This document shows, piece after piece, positions 10,001-19,759 of a DNA stretch of 64,000 bases; within the stretch, counting starts at the first letter, position 1, and each line of letters starts with the position of its first letter. The notes beneath the pieces were generated by a model that made no database searches, was not told the DNA's origin, and saw nothing but the letters and a program-made list of their open reading frames with translations. The stretch comes from Thermoplasmata archaeon (lineage in GTDB: Archaea > Thermoplasmatota > Thermoplasmata > Lutacidiplasmatales > UBA184): the NCBI GenBank assembly GCA_028864975.1, contig JAGWLG010000011.1, forward strand, positions 26,081-90,080, in the 5' to 3' direction. The position numbers and the translations under genes were made by a program.

Positions 10001-11503
10001 ATGGCGCTCGCGAAGACCGTCCCGAAGGTCGAGGAATACGGACTGTTCATTGACGGCAAGTGGGAGTCCCCCGGGGGGGCCTCGCGGTTCACGACGAGGA
10101 ACCCTGCGACTGGAGAGGTTCTTGGGAGCTTCGTCTCGGCCACGGCCAAGGAGGTCGACCGGGCGGTCAGCGCCGCCGCGAAGGCCTTCCCGAAGTGGCG
10201 GGAGACGCCGGCCCCCAAGCGGGGACAGCTCCTCCTGCGGGTCGCCGAGATCTACCGGGAGCGCAAGGACGAGCTGGGCGAGACCGTGACGATGGAGATG
10301 GGCAAGATCCTCCCCGAAGGGAAGGGGGACGTCCAGGAGGCCATCGACTTCATCGAGTACATGAGCGGCGAGGGACGCCGCCTGCTCGGCGAAACGGTCC
10401 CCTCGGAGCTTCGCAACAAGTACTGCATGACCGTCCGACAGCCGAAGGGGGTCGTCGCGGCGATCACCCCGTGGAACTTCCCCACGGCCATCCCCAACTG
10501 GAAGATCGCGGCTGCGCTCATCAGTGGGAACACCGTCGTTTTCAAGCCGGCATCGAACACCTCGCTCTGCGGCACGAAGGTCGTCAAGGCCTACGAGGAT
10601 GCGGGGCTCCCTCCCGGGGTCCTGAACCTCGTGACGGGGGCGGGAGGGATCGTCGGGGACGCGCTCATCCGCGACCCCCGCGTCAAGGCCGTGAGCTTCA
10701 CCGGCGGAACGGACACGGGGAAGCAGGTCTATCTCAAGGGCGCGGAGCACCTCAAGTACGTCCACCTCGAGCTGGGGGGCAAGAACCCTCAGATCGTCCT
10801 CAACGACGCGAACCTCGACCTCGCGCTTGACGGGGTCCTCTTCGGGGCCTTCGGCTCGAGCGGGCAACGCTGCACGGCGACGAGCCGTCTCATCATCCAG
10901 GAAGGCGTCTACGACAGGTTCCTCGGCATGCTCTTGGACCGGCTCAAGTCGTTCAAGGTCGGGAACCCGGTGGACAGGGGGGTGGACATGGGCCCGGTTG
11001 CCAGTGCGGACCAGGAGAAGAAGGTCCTCACCTACATCGACGTGGGACAGAAGGAGGGGGCGAAGCTCCGCGCGGGGGGCAAGAAGCTCACGGGAGGGGA
11101 CTACGACAAGGGGTACTTCGTCGCGCCCACCGTCCTCGAGGCTAAGCACGGGATGAGGGTCACGAAGGAGGAGATCTTCGGCCCTGTCCTCTCGGTGATG
11201 AAGGTGAAGGACTTCGAGGAGGCGGTCCGGGTCGCGAACGACGTGGACTACGGGCTCTCCTCCTCGATCTACACGAAGGACGTGAACCTCTCGTTCCAGG
11301 CGATGGAGCGGCTCGAGGCGGGCATCACGTACATCAACGCCCCGACCATCGGGGCCGAGGTCCAGCTCCCGTTCGGAGGGATCAAGCAGACCGGCAACGG
11401 AGGTCGGGAGGCGGGGACCACCGCCATCGACGAGTTCACCGAGATCAAGACGGTCTTCGTCGACTTCTCGAACAAGCTCCAGAAGGCGCAGATCGAGGGC
11501 TGA
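10001..11503 (+). CDS. NAD(P)-dependent aldehyde dehydrogenase
   Basis: ITPWNFP, FKPAS, FTGGT, LELGGKN, catalytic GQRCTA, EEIFGP, PFGG. Confidence 0.95.
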   Translation: MALAKTVPKVEEYGLFIDGKWESPGGASRFTTRNPATGEVLGSFVSATAKEVDRAVSAAAKAFPKWRETPAPKRGQLLLRVAEIYRERKDELGETVTMEMGKILPEGKGDVQEAIDFIEYMSGEGRRLLGETVPSELRNKYCMTVRQPKGVVAAITPWNFPTAIPNWKIAAALISGNTVVFKPASNTSLCGTKVVKAYEDAGLPPGVLNLVTGAGGIVGDALIRDPRVKAVSFTGGTDTGKQVYLKGAEHLKYVHLELGGKNPQIVLNDANLDLALDGVLFGAFGSSGQRCTATSRLIIQEGVYDRFLGMLLDRLKSFKVGNPVDRGVDMGPVASADQEKKVLTYIDVGQKEGAKLRAGGKKLTGGDYDKGYFVAPTVLEAKHGMRVTKEEIFGPVLSVMKVKDFEEAVRVANDVDYGLSSSIYTKDVNLSFQAMERLEAGITYINAPTIGAEVQLPFGGIKQTGNGGREAGTTAIDEFTEIKTVFVDFSNKLQKAQIEG

Positions 11504-11652
11504 CCTCTCGGGCTGCCCGGGACCTCGACCCCCCCACCGGTGGGGTCATGCCCCGCCGTTCCGGATGTTTTGTGCATGGAGAGATGCAGCCTCCGAGTGA
11601 GAAAGGACCCCGGAAAGGAGCATAAGCAAGGAGAGTGCATGGTTTCCCTTCG

Positions 11653-14600
11653 ATGGCACGAACCGCTCCACGGTACCTTCGGGCATTCTGTGTGCTTTCC
11701 GTCGCGGCGCTTCTGACGGTCCCCGGCATCGCCACCGGGCACGCTCCAGCCCCACGACCAAGCTCCTTCCATCCCGCGCTCGAGGAGAAGCCCCCGAGGG
11801 CTCCCTCCTCCGCTCACCGGATTCCAGCAAGGCTCCCGCACATGCTGGGCCACAACCCAGCCCTTCCGCGCGCTTCCAGCGCCGGTTCTGTGTCGAATAC
11901 CCTGGTCCTACTGAACAACACGATCGTCGGCGGGAACTTCCTGCCCAAGAACGGCGCGAACCCTTGGGACGGGGCCCCGGACCCGGCGGACAACGAACTG
12001 TTCGTCACAGACTCCTCTAGCTCCCAAGTGACGGTCGTCAATTCCGGCACGAGCGCCCTCGCCGGCGCTCTGCCCGTGGGGTCGGGCCCGTCCGGCATCC
12101 TCTACGATGCCTCGAACCACGAGGTTTACGTGGCCAACTTCGGGTCCGACAATATCACGGTGTTCGATGCCACCACACGTGCGGTGGTAGCGTCCGTCCC
12201 CGTCGGCCTCGGCCCCATCGATCTTGCCCTGGACACCTCGAACGGATACCTCTACGTGGCGGACTACAGCTCGTACAACTTGACGGTCCTCAATACGGCC
12301 ACCAACCGCGTCGTGGGGTCCATCCCCATCGTGTTCACCCCTGCGAACCTCGCCTACAATCCCGTCTCCGGGGATCTCTACGTCGACGGCTTCTTCGGCA
12401 GCCAGGTCGCGGTCGTGAACCCCACGACCGCCACGGTCGTCTCGACCCTGAACGCCGGGGCGGGGTCCGCGGGAATCGCTGTGGACAACGTCAACGGGGA
12501 GACCTACGTCGCGAACGAATTCAGCTCCAACCTCACGGTCATCACCTCTTCGAACACGCTCGGTACCCCGGTCGCCATCGTGGGCTCCACGCCCGTCGAC
12601 GTCGTCTACGACCCGGTGAGCCTTGACCTCTATGTGGCGGACGCCTTCAACGCCGTTTGGGTCATCACTCCCGCCGGGGGGCTGCTCGGTTCGGTGCCGG
12701 TCGGCGGCAGTCCCACGGTGGCCTGCAATAGCGTCACCGGGACCATTTTCGCGACCAACTACTATTCCGACAACGTGAGCGTCATCGACAGCGCGACGGG
12801 CAAGCTGCAAGCGACTGTGCAGATCGGGACCGGCCCGGACGGGCTCGCCTTCGATCCGACCAACCACGACGTCTACGTCGCGGACCAGGCTATGGACACG
12901 GTGGATGTTGTCGACCCAATCTCGGGGCGGACCATCGCGTCCGCCCCGGTCGGCCTCCAACCGTATTCGGTGGCCTTCGACAGTACTAACGGCGATCTGT
13001 ACGTCCCGAATTGGAACTCGAACAACGTGAGCGTGATCGACACCGCGACGAACCGCGATGTCCTCTCCATCACGCTGCCGGGGTACGACGGGGAGGCGTC
13101 GGAGTATGACGGCACGACGAACGCCGTGTGGGTCTACGACCTCTGGCTCGGTGGTATCGACATCATCTCGGGAGCGACGAACCGCGTGGTGGGGAGCATC
13201 CCTCTGCCGGGTGGAAGCAACCTCGGGGACTTTGCGTGGGACCCGCAATCGGGGACCATCTACGCTTCCACCACCGTGAACGGCTACAACAACGTCACGG
13301 TGTTCGACCAAGCGACATGGTCCGTCGTGGCGCAGGTTCCCGTGGGGATCTCCCCGCTCGGGCTGGCCTACGATGCCGCGAAGGGCGAGGTGTTCGTGGC
13401 CGACTCCGGGTCCGCGAACGTCACGATCATCAACACGACGACCTACCGGACGGTGGGATCCATCCCGGTCGGTGGCAGCCCGATGGCCGTCGCGCTCGAT
13501 CCGCTCAACGGCTACCTCTACGTGACCGACACCGTCTCGGGAAGTACGGTGGTCGTCGACACATCCACCGATTCCGTGGTCGGATCGGTCCCGGTAGGCC
13601 TGGGCCCTGTCGCCTTGCTTTTCGACCCGATCACCGGCAACGTTGTGGTGGCGAACCAGTTCTCCGGTTCGCTTTCCTATCTCACACCCGCTTCCGTCAC
13701 GCCGGTCCTCACGGGGGTCCAGGCCACCCCGCCCTCCCGGACGATGGCCACCACCACCGTGGCGGACTTCGTCGCCGCGCCGGTCTGCGCGGGCGGGGCC
13801 TGCCCCGCCGGGACCACCTATAGCTGGTCGCAGACCCACGCACTCGGGACGTTCAACACGACGGTGAGCCGCTGGGTGGCGTTCACGGCAGGATCGACAA
13901 CCGGGACCGACACCCTCTTCGTGAACGCCACGCTCAACGGCGTCACCGTCCAGAGCAACCCTGTTGTCGTCACCATCACTGGCCCGATCCTCTCCGCCGT
14001 GGGCATCTCGCCTAGCCCGGCCTCAGTTCCGATCGGCCGAACGGTGTCCTTGTTGGCCTCGCCCAGCTGCTCCGGAGGCAGCTGCCCGAGCGGGACGAGC
14101 TACACCTGGACCCTCACGAACGCGCTCGGAACGTTGTCCGGGGCCTCCGGCAACACCGTCACCTTCACCGCCGGTACCCAGGCCGGGACGGACACGCTCT
14201 TCGTGAACGGGACCCTCAACGGTGTGCGGGTGCAGGGTAGCCCTGACGTGATCACGCTCTCTGCGGGCGCCGCCCTCGCGGGAGTAGCCGTGAGCCCCAT
14301 CGCCCCCTCGGTCCCGCTCGGAGGAGCGGTCTTCCTCTCGGCCTCTCCCAGCTGTACGGGGGCTCCGTGCCCGACGACCATCACCTATGCGTGGAGCCTA
14401 ACCAACACCCTCGGGCAGCTCTCCTCCGCATTAGGCTCGGGCACCACATTCCAGGCGGGGAACCTCGCCGGGCAAGCCACCGTCTTCCTCAACGCCTCGC
14501 TGAACGGGACGACCCGTGAGAGCTCGGCTTTGGTGACCATCTTGACGCCCTCGGTCTCGCTCCTCTCCGTCGCGATCACCCCGAGCTCGACGAGCATCGG

Positions 14601-15324
14601 CCAGGGTGGGGCCCAGACGTTCACGGCGACACCGACGTGCTCGGGGTCCTGCCCTTCCGCGGTCAGCTTCGCCTGGACGCTGAACAGCGCCTTCGGGAGC
14701 CTCAACCGAACCTCGGGCACCCAGGTGAACTTCGCCGCACCGTCCTCTTCGGGCGACAACCTGCTCTTCGTGGTCGCGTCCCTCAACGGTGTGGAGCACA
14801 CGGCGTGGGCGAACATCACGGTCGGGAGCGGGGGAGGGACCCCCACGATCCTCGGGGTCGCGGCACCTCTCGCCTACGGGCTTCTGGTGGTCATCGTGCT
14901 TCTCCTGGGCATACTCATTCTCATGATCGTCGTGGGGCGGCGAAGGCGTAAGCTCCCCTCGACCTCTCCGACCTCCGCGACCGCGGACGCTTCGCCCCCT
15001 CCACCACCTCCGCCGGCCCCCGAGCCCCCCGCGGACGACATCCCGCCTCCCCCTCCTCCGGAGACCTCCGCGGTAGAGGGGGAAGAGAAAGCCACACCGG
15101 CAGAGACCGAAGCAGCTCCGACTCCGCCGAGCGAGGAGCAAGACGGGGAGACCGCGCAGTCCGGCCCCATCGAGCCCTCGCCGAACACTGGGGTTGAGGT
15201 GGAGGAGCCCACATGGACGGAGGACTCCGAGGAAGGTCCTGCCCCCGATGTCGAAGTGCAGGACGAGCCGGCAGGCGACGCGGGGACGCCCCCCGGCGAC
15301 CCCTCCCCGCCGCCTTCGGAGTAG
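11653..15324 (+). CDS. Large cell-surface protein: signal peptide, YVTN/YncE beta-propeller repeats, four Ig-like repeats, C-terminal TM helix and acidic Pro-rich tail
   Basis: Repeated YVAN/NVSVID/PVG..P motifs; TM LAYGLLVVIVLLLGILILMIVV followed by RRRRK. Start could be 11635 or 11653. Confidence 0.9.
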   Translation: MARTAPRYLRAFCVLSVAALLTVPGIATGHAPAPRPSSFHPALEEKPPRAPSSAHRIPARLPHMLGHNPALPRASSAGSVSNTLVLLNNTIVGGNFLPKNGANPWDGAPDPADNELFVTDSSSSQVTVVNSGTSALAGALPVGSGPSGILYDASNHEVYVANFGSDNITVFDATTRAVVASVPVGLGPIDLALDTSNGYLYVADYSSYNLTVLNTATNRVVGSIPIVFTPANLAYNPVSGDLYVDGFFGSQVAVVNPTTATVVSTLNAGAGSAGIAVDNVNGETYVANEFSSNLTVITSSNTLGTPVAIVGSTPVDVVYDPVSLDLYVADAFNAVWVITPAGGLLGSVPVGGSPTVACNSVTGTIFATNYYSDNVSVIDSATGKLQATVQIGTGPDGLAFDPTNHDVYVADQAMDTVDVVDPISGRTIASAPVGLQPYSVAFDSTNGDLYVPNWNSNNVSVIDTATNRDVLSITLPGYDGEASEYDGTTNAVWVYDLWLGGIDIISGATNRVVGSIPLPGGSNLGDFAWDPQSGTIYASTTVNGYNNVTVFDQATWSVVAQVPVGISPLGLAYDAAKGEVFVADSGSANVTIINTTTYRTVGSIPVGGSPMAVALDPLNGYLYVTDTVSGSTVVVDTSTDSVVGSVPVGLGPVALLFDPITGNVVVANQFSGSLSYLTPASVTPVLTGVQATPPSRTMATTTVADFVAAPVCAGGACPAGTTYSWSQTHALGTFNTTVSRWVAFTAGSTTGTDTLFVNATLNGVTVQSNPVVVTITGPILSAVGISPSPASVPIGRTVSLLASPSCSGGSCPSGTSYTWTLTNALGTLSGASGNTVTFTAGTQAGTDTLFVNGTLNGVRVQGSPDVITLSAGAALAGVAVSPIAPSVPLGGAVFLSASPSCTGAPCPTTITYAWSLTNTLGQLSSALGSGTTFQAGNLAGQATVFLNASLNGTTRESSALVTILTPSVSLLSVAITPSSTSIGQGGAQTFTATPTCSGSCPSAVSFAWTLNSAFGSLNRTSGTQVNFAAPSSSGDNLLFVVASLNGVEHTAWANITVGSGGGTPTILGVAAPLAYGLLVVIVLLLGILILMIVVGRRRRKLPSTSPTSATADASPPPPPPPAPEPPADDIPPPPPPETSAVEGEEKATPAETEAAPTPPSEEQDGETAQSGPIEPSPNTGVEVEEPTWTEDSEEGPAPDVEVQDEPAGDAGTPPGDPSPPPSE

Positions 15325-15386
15325 GGGCCCACTCCCCGCTCCGCGGCTTGAAATATCCCCCCTGAGGTGAGGCGGTCGTCCATTCG

Positions 15387-15581
15387 ATGAACGACGAGCA
15401 GCTCGCGAGGGAGATCGAGACCATCCAGGAGATCGTGCGGGTCCGACTCCGCCGATACAACCGCGAGATGCGCGAGCTGGACCGCGACCTTCGTGAGCTC
15501 CGGGCGCTCCAGAGGGCGCGGCGCACTTCCCAGGTCAGCGTCGCGGAGCGCGAAACCGTCTCCGAGGAATCTTCTCCGTGA
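15387..15581 (+). CDS. Small coiled-coil hypothetical protein
   Basis: 64 aa with heptad-like charged helix; TATA-like TTGAAATAT upstream; stop overlaps the mfnA GTG start (GTGA). Confidence 0.65.
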   Translation: MNDEQLAREIETIQEIVRVRLRRYNREMRELDRDLRELRALQRARRTSQVSVAERETVSEESSP

Positions 15582-16801
15582 CCGCGCGCACCCGCGGTGC
15601 GCCGAAGAGCCCCCGAGTGCGCGGAGCGGTGTCTCCGACCCTGACGCTTCCCGACCGACCCATCCCGACAGCGCTGCTCCGGCGGCGCCTCCGGGAGGCC
15701 GTGGTCGAGGACTGGGACTTCTCCAACGGGCGGATCTTCGGGAGCATGTGCACCCAACCCCTCCCCGAGGCCGTGACGGCCTCTCGAGCGTTCCTGACCG
15801 CGAACCTCGGGAACCCTGGCCTGTGCCCTGGGACCGCTCGGCTGGAAGAGGAGGTCGTCTCGATGCTCCTCGATCTCTTCCATGGTCCCCAATTCGGCGC
15901 GGGAGGGTGGGTCCTGAGCGGCGGGACCGAGGCGAACCTTACCGCCCTCTGGATGGCGCGCAACGCTTCTCACCGGAACGAGGTCGTCCTCCCCGAGAGC
16001 GCCCACTTCTCCTTCGTGAAGGCGCTGGACCTCCTTCAGCTCGAGCCCAAGTGGGTCCCGCTGGACGCGGCGGGACGCTCTCGCCCCGAGGAGGTACGTC
16101 GGGCGATCTCCTCCCGGACCGCGGCGGTCGTCGCGGTAGCGGGATCCACGGAGCTAGGCGCGGTAGACCCTGTCCGGGAGATCGGGGAGATCGCCGCCGA
16201 CCGGGGCGTTCCCCTGCATGTCGACGCCGCCTTCGGGGGCTTCGTCCTCCCGTGGCTCCCCGGGGCCCCGGGGTTCGACCTTGGGCTCACGGGGGTGACG
16301 AGTCTCACCGTAGATCCTCACAAGATGGGCCTGGCCCCGGTCCCGGCGGGAGTTCTGCTCGTGCGCCACCGGGAGATGTCGGGGTCGATCTCGGTCGCGT
16401 CCCCCTATCTCTCCTCACCTCAGACGACCGGGCTCCTCGGGACCCGCGCATCTTCCGCGGTCGCGGCCACGTATGCGGCGCTGTTGTCCTTGGGAAGGCA
16501 GGGCTATTCGGCCCAGGCCGCGCGCACACTTCGGCTCACCCGAAAGCTCCTCGAGGGAGGCCGTCGCTGGGGCCTCGAGCCCGTGGTCGAGCCCACCGTC
16601 AACATCGTGGCCTTCCACCATCCCAACCCCATGGGAGTGCAGACCTGGATGCTGGAGCGGGGATGGGATGTGAGCTCGATCCGCACCCCGTCGGCGTTAC
16701 GGTTCGTCGTAATGCCCCACGCTTCCGACAGAAGTATCAGCGGGCTCCTTCGCTACCTGGGGAGGGCCCTCGAACGCTTCCCCGCATCGCGACGGGGGTA
16801 G
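15578..16801 (+). CDS. mfnA: L-tyrosine/L-aspartate decarboxylase (group II PLP decarboxylase)
   Basis: IFGSMCT, ANLGNPGL, SGGTEAN, HVDAAFGG, PLP lysine motif DPHKM. Confidence 0.9.
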   Translation: MTARTRGAPKSPRVRGAVSPTLTLPDRPIPTALLRRRLREAVVEDWDFSNGRIFGSMCTQPLPEAVTASRAFLTANLGNPGLCPGTARLEEEVVSMLLDLFHGPQFGAGGWVLSGGTEANLTALWMARNASHRNEVVLPESAHFSFVKALDLLQLEPKWVPLDAAGRSRPEEVRRAISSRTAAVVAVAGSTELGAVDPVREIGEIAADRGVPLHVDAAFGGFVLPWLPGAPGFDLGLTGVTSLTVDPHKMGLAPVPAGVLLVRHREMSGSISVASPYLSSPQTTGLLGTRASSAVAATYAALLSLGRQGYSAQAARTLRLTRKLLEGGRRWGLEPVVEPTVNIVAFHHPNPMGVQTWMLERGWDVSSIRTPSALRFVVMPHASDRSISGLLRYLGRALERFPASRRG

Positions 16802-16820
16802 GGACCCGAAACGGTCGGTC

Positions 16821-18251
16821 TCACTCTGGTATCGGGGTGAGCCCATCGGGACCGGGACCCGAGGACCGCGGGGCCGACCCCGTGCGGCGCTCCCCTGGGG
16901 TCTGGCCGTCGAACCTCCAGAGGTCGGTCTGCCCGAAGGTCCTCTGGCGGGAGAGGGGACGCAGCGTGGGATCCTCCTCGAGGACGCGAAGGGTCTCGTG
17001 GGAGGGAACGGCCGAGGAGATGAGCCGGGTCCTTCCGCGACGGCCCCCGGAGTGGATCTCGGTGTGCACCAGGCCCAGCGTCTCGAACTCGGTCACATAG
17101 TCGGCGACGGTGCGCGTGCCCAGGGGCTTGTGGCCCAGCTGGTGGCAGAGCGTCGAATAGCCGTGGTAGACCTCCCCCATCGAGACTCCCTCGCCCCGGC
17201 GCTTCTCGGAGAGCGAGATGACGACCCAGAGGAGGATCTTGTGCTGGAGCGTGAGCTTCCGAACGCAGTCCGCGATGACGTCCAATTCCAACTTGTTCTT
17301 GGCGTGGATGACGTGCTCGCTCCGGATGGTGTGGGAGCTCAGCTGGTCGGCGACCTCGGCACTCTTGCGGAGGAGGGCCAGGGCCCTTCGGGCGTCCCCG
17401 TGGTCCTGGGCCGCGTAGAGGGCGCAGCGGTCGAGGGCCTCGTTATCGAGGGCCCCTTCGACGAACACTTCCGCCGCCCGTTCCTTCAGGATGTCGCGGA
17501 GCTGCGGCTGGGTGTAGGGGGCGAAGGAGACCTTCTCCTCGGAGAGGCGGCTCTTGACGCGCGCGTCCAAGCGCTGGGCGAACTGGAGGTCGTTCGAGAT
17601 GCCGATGATGCCGACGCGGGCCTCCTTGAGGTCGCGGTTGATCTGCGCGAGCGTGTAGAGGATCGACGTTCCGGCGTCGGTCCCGCCGCTCTTGCCGAGG
17701 CAGTCGATCTCATCGAGGACCAGCAAGAGCACGCCCCCCCGCTTGTCCGAGAGCCGGCAGAGCGCCTGGTAGACCCGGTCCTGCGACCAACCCGTGGGGA
17801 TCATGTCCTCGTCAGAGAGCCCCTTCTGGACGATCTGGTTCGCGAGGTTCTGAAGAACGGCGTACTCACCGTTGACATTAGCGCAGTTCAAGTTGAGGAA
17901 GGTCACCTTCGCGTCGGCGGGAAGCCGTTTCGCGAACTCCTTCTGCACCTGCGTGACGACCGCGCTCTTCCCCGTCCCGACCTTCCCGTAGATGAAGAGG
18001 TGCGAGGGAAGGTTCCCCCGGACCGCCGGGGCGAGGACGCGGAGGACGTCCCGGATCTCGGTGTCGCGGTGCAAGAGCCGCGACGGGACGTAGTCCTCTT
18101 GGAGGGGCCGCAAGCTTCCCTTGTAGAGCTGGCTCCCCCGTTTCAGGATCTCGTCGAAGACGTCCCCTGGGGAGGCGGCGGGCGTCTCGGGGGGCCCGCC
18201 CGAGCCGCCGGGAGAAGGCTCACTGAGCTGCTGCTCGCGCGGCTGGTCCAT
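16821..18251 (-). CDS. cdc6: Orc1/Cdc6 replication initiation protein
   Basis: YVPSRLLHRD, Walker A GKVGTGKS, Walker B LVLDEID, YTQPQLRDIL, GDARRAL, C-terminal WH with LETLGLV and GRRGRTR. Confidence 0.95.
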   Translation of the reverse strand: MDQPREQQLSEPSPGGSGGPPETPAASPGDVFDEILKRGSQLYKGSLRPLQEDYVPSRLLHRDTEIRDVLRVLAPAVRGNLPSHLFIYGKVGTGKSAVVTQVQKEFAKRLPADAKVTFLNLNCANVNGEYAVLQNLANQIVQKGLSDEDMIPTGWSQDRVYQALCRLSDKRGGVLLLVLDEIDCLGKSGGTDAGTSILYTLAQINRDLKEARVGIIGISNDLQFAQRLDARVKSRLSEEKVSFAPYTQPQLRDILKERAAEVFVEGALDNEALDRCALYAAQDHGDARRALALLRKSAEVADQLSSHTIRSEHVIHAKNKLELDVIADCVRKLTLQHKILLWVVISLSEKRRGEGVSMGEVYHGYSTLCHQLGHKPLGTRTVADYVTEFETLGLVHTEIHSGGRRGRTRLISSAVPSHETLRVLEEDPTLRPLSRQRTFGQTDLWRFDGQTPGERRTGSAPRSSGPGPDGLTPIPE

Positions 18252-18495
18252 GGCACCGTGAAGAGGGAGCCGGCCCCGGAGCCCCCTTCAGGTGACCGAC
18301 TTCGTTGAAGCAATTAAGCACATCGGACGCGAAAGAGGAAGTTGCGCCTGGACGCTGTCTTCAACACGGGACCGGGGCGGGCGGGGAAGGGCTGCGCTTG
18401 CGCGGGGAGCAAGCGGGCGGACGGGCCAAGGGTCCCGTCCCGGGCCGCGGTTCGGAGAGAAGGGCTTAAGTCCGACCTGGCTAGCGCCGCTCCGC

Positions 18496-19701
18496 ATGCC
18501 CGCCGTCGAGCGCAACATCAACGTGGAGCCGCTGAAGACCCAGTTCATCGAGGAGCAGCCCGTTGAGCTCGTGGAACGAAAGGGCCTGGGACACCCTGAC
18601 AGCATCTGCGACGGGGTCTCCGAGGCCGTGAGCCGCGCCCTGTCGAAGATGTATCTCGATGAGTACGGAAGGATCCTCCACCACAACACTGACGAGACCC
18701 ACGTCGTCGGGGGCCAGGCCACGCCCGCCTTCGGTGCGGGGAAGGTCGCCCAGCCGGCCTACGTCTGCTTGGTGGGCCGCGCGACAACCGAGGTCAACGG
18801 CGAGAAGCTCCCGTTCCGACAGACCGCGATCGATGCGGCCAAGACCTACATCAAGGGCGTCTGCTCCCACCTGGACGCGGAGAAGCAGATCGACTACGAC
18901 TGCAAGATCGGTCAGGGCTCCGTCGACCTTCGCGGGGTGTTCGAACAGGAGGGCCACCTTGCCAACGACACCTCCTTCGGGTGCGGCTACGCCCCGCTCT
19001 CCGAGACCGAGACGCTCGTGCTGGAGACGGAGCGCTTCCTGACGCTCAAGCTCAAGAAGAAGGTCCGGTCGCTGGGTGAGGACGTCAAGGTCATGGGGTG
19101 CCGCCGGGGCGACGAGATCCGCCTAACGGTGGCCGCCGCGATGGTCGCGCGGGAGCTCAAGGGCCGGGACGACTACGTCTCGGCGATCCGCGAGATCCAC
19201 GACGAAGTGGAGAAGAACGCGGCGAAGTACACTCGCCGCCAGGTGAGCGTCGACATCAACACGGGCGACAACTACGACAAGGGTGTCTACTACCTCACCG
19301 TCACCGGCCTCTCCCTCGAGAACGGGGACGATGGGTCCACCGGCCGCGGGAACCGCGTGAACGGGCTCATCACACCGTACCGGCCGATGAGCATGGAGGC
19401 GACGAGCGGCAAGAACCCCGTCACCCACGTGGGGAAGATCTACAACCTCCTGTCGAAGGAGATCGCGAACGACATCGTGAAGAAGGCGGGGGGCAACGTC
19501 AAGGAGGTCCACGTCCGGATCCTCTCCCAGATCGGTAAGCCGGTCGACCAGCCGCTCGTGTGCGCCGTGAACGTGCTCACCACGGACTCGGCGAACAAGA
19601 ACGAGGTCTTCCACACCGCCCACGAGGTCGCGGACGGCTGGCTCACGAAGGCCCACACCATCCCCCAGCTCCTGCTCACCTCGAAGCTCACCACGTTCTG
19701 A
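18496..19701 (+). CDS. mat: Archaeal-type S-adenosylmethionine synthetase
   Basis: [64 protein letters not shown]; ATG 18496. Confidence 0.96.
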   Translation: MPAVERNINVEPLKTQFIEEQPVELVERKGLGHPDSICDGVSEAVSRALSKMYLDEYGRILHHNTDETHVVGGQATPAFGAGKVAQPAYVCLVGRATTEVNGEKLPFRQTAIDAAKTYIKGVCSHLDAEKQIDYDCKIGQGSVDLRGVFEQEGHLANDTSFGCGYAPLSETETLVLETERFLTLKLKKKVRSLGEDVKVMGCRRGDEIRLTVAAAMVARELKGRDDYVSAIREIHDEVEKNAAKYTRRQVSVDINTGDNYDKGVYYLTVTGLSLENGDDGSTGRGNRVNGLITPYRPMSMEATSGKNPVTHVGKIYNLLSKEIANDIVKKAGGNVKEVHVRILSQIGKPVDQPLVCAVNVLTTDSANKNEVFHTAHEVADGWLTKAHTIPQLLLTSKLTTF

Positions 19702-19759
19702 ACGGGGGGGCCGGGACCGGGCGTCGCGAGCCGTCCCGGGGTCGAGCGGAGCGACGCCG

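Noticed and set aside
11532-11545. Palindromes CCCCACCGGTGGGG (11532-11545) and GGCCGTACGGCC (35042-35053)
   Set aside because: GC-only palindromes just after stop codons are expected by chance at this GC content. They are at most weak terminators.
18252-18495. Possible replication origin next to cdc6
   Set aside because: I found no ORB/mini-ORB (TTCCA...GAAA...GGGG) repeats or AT-rich unwinding element. The 244-bp gap holds only TATA-like elements for the divergent cdc6 and mat.
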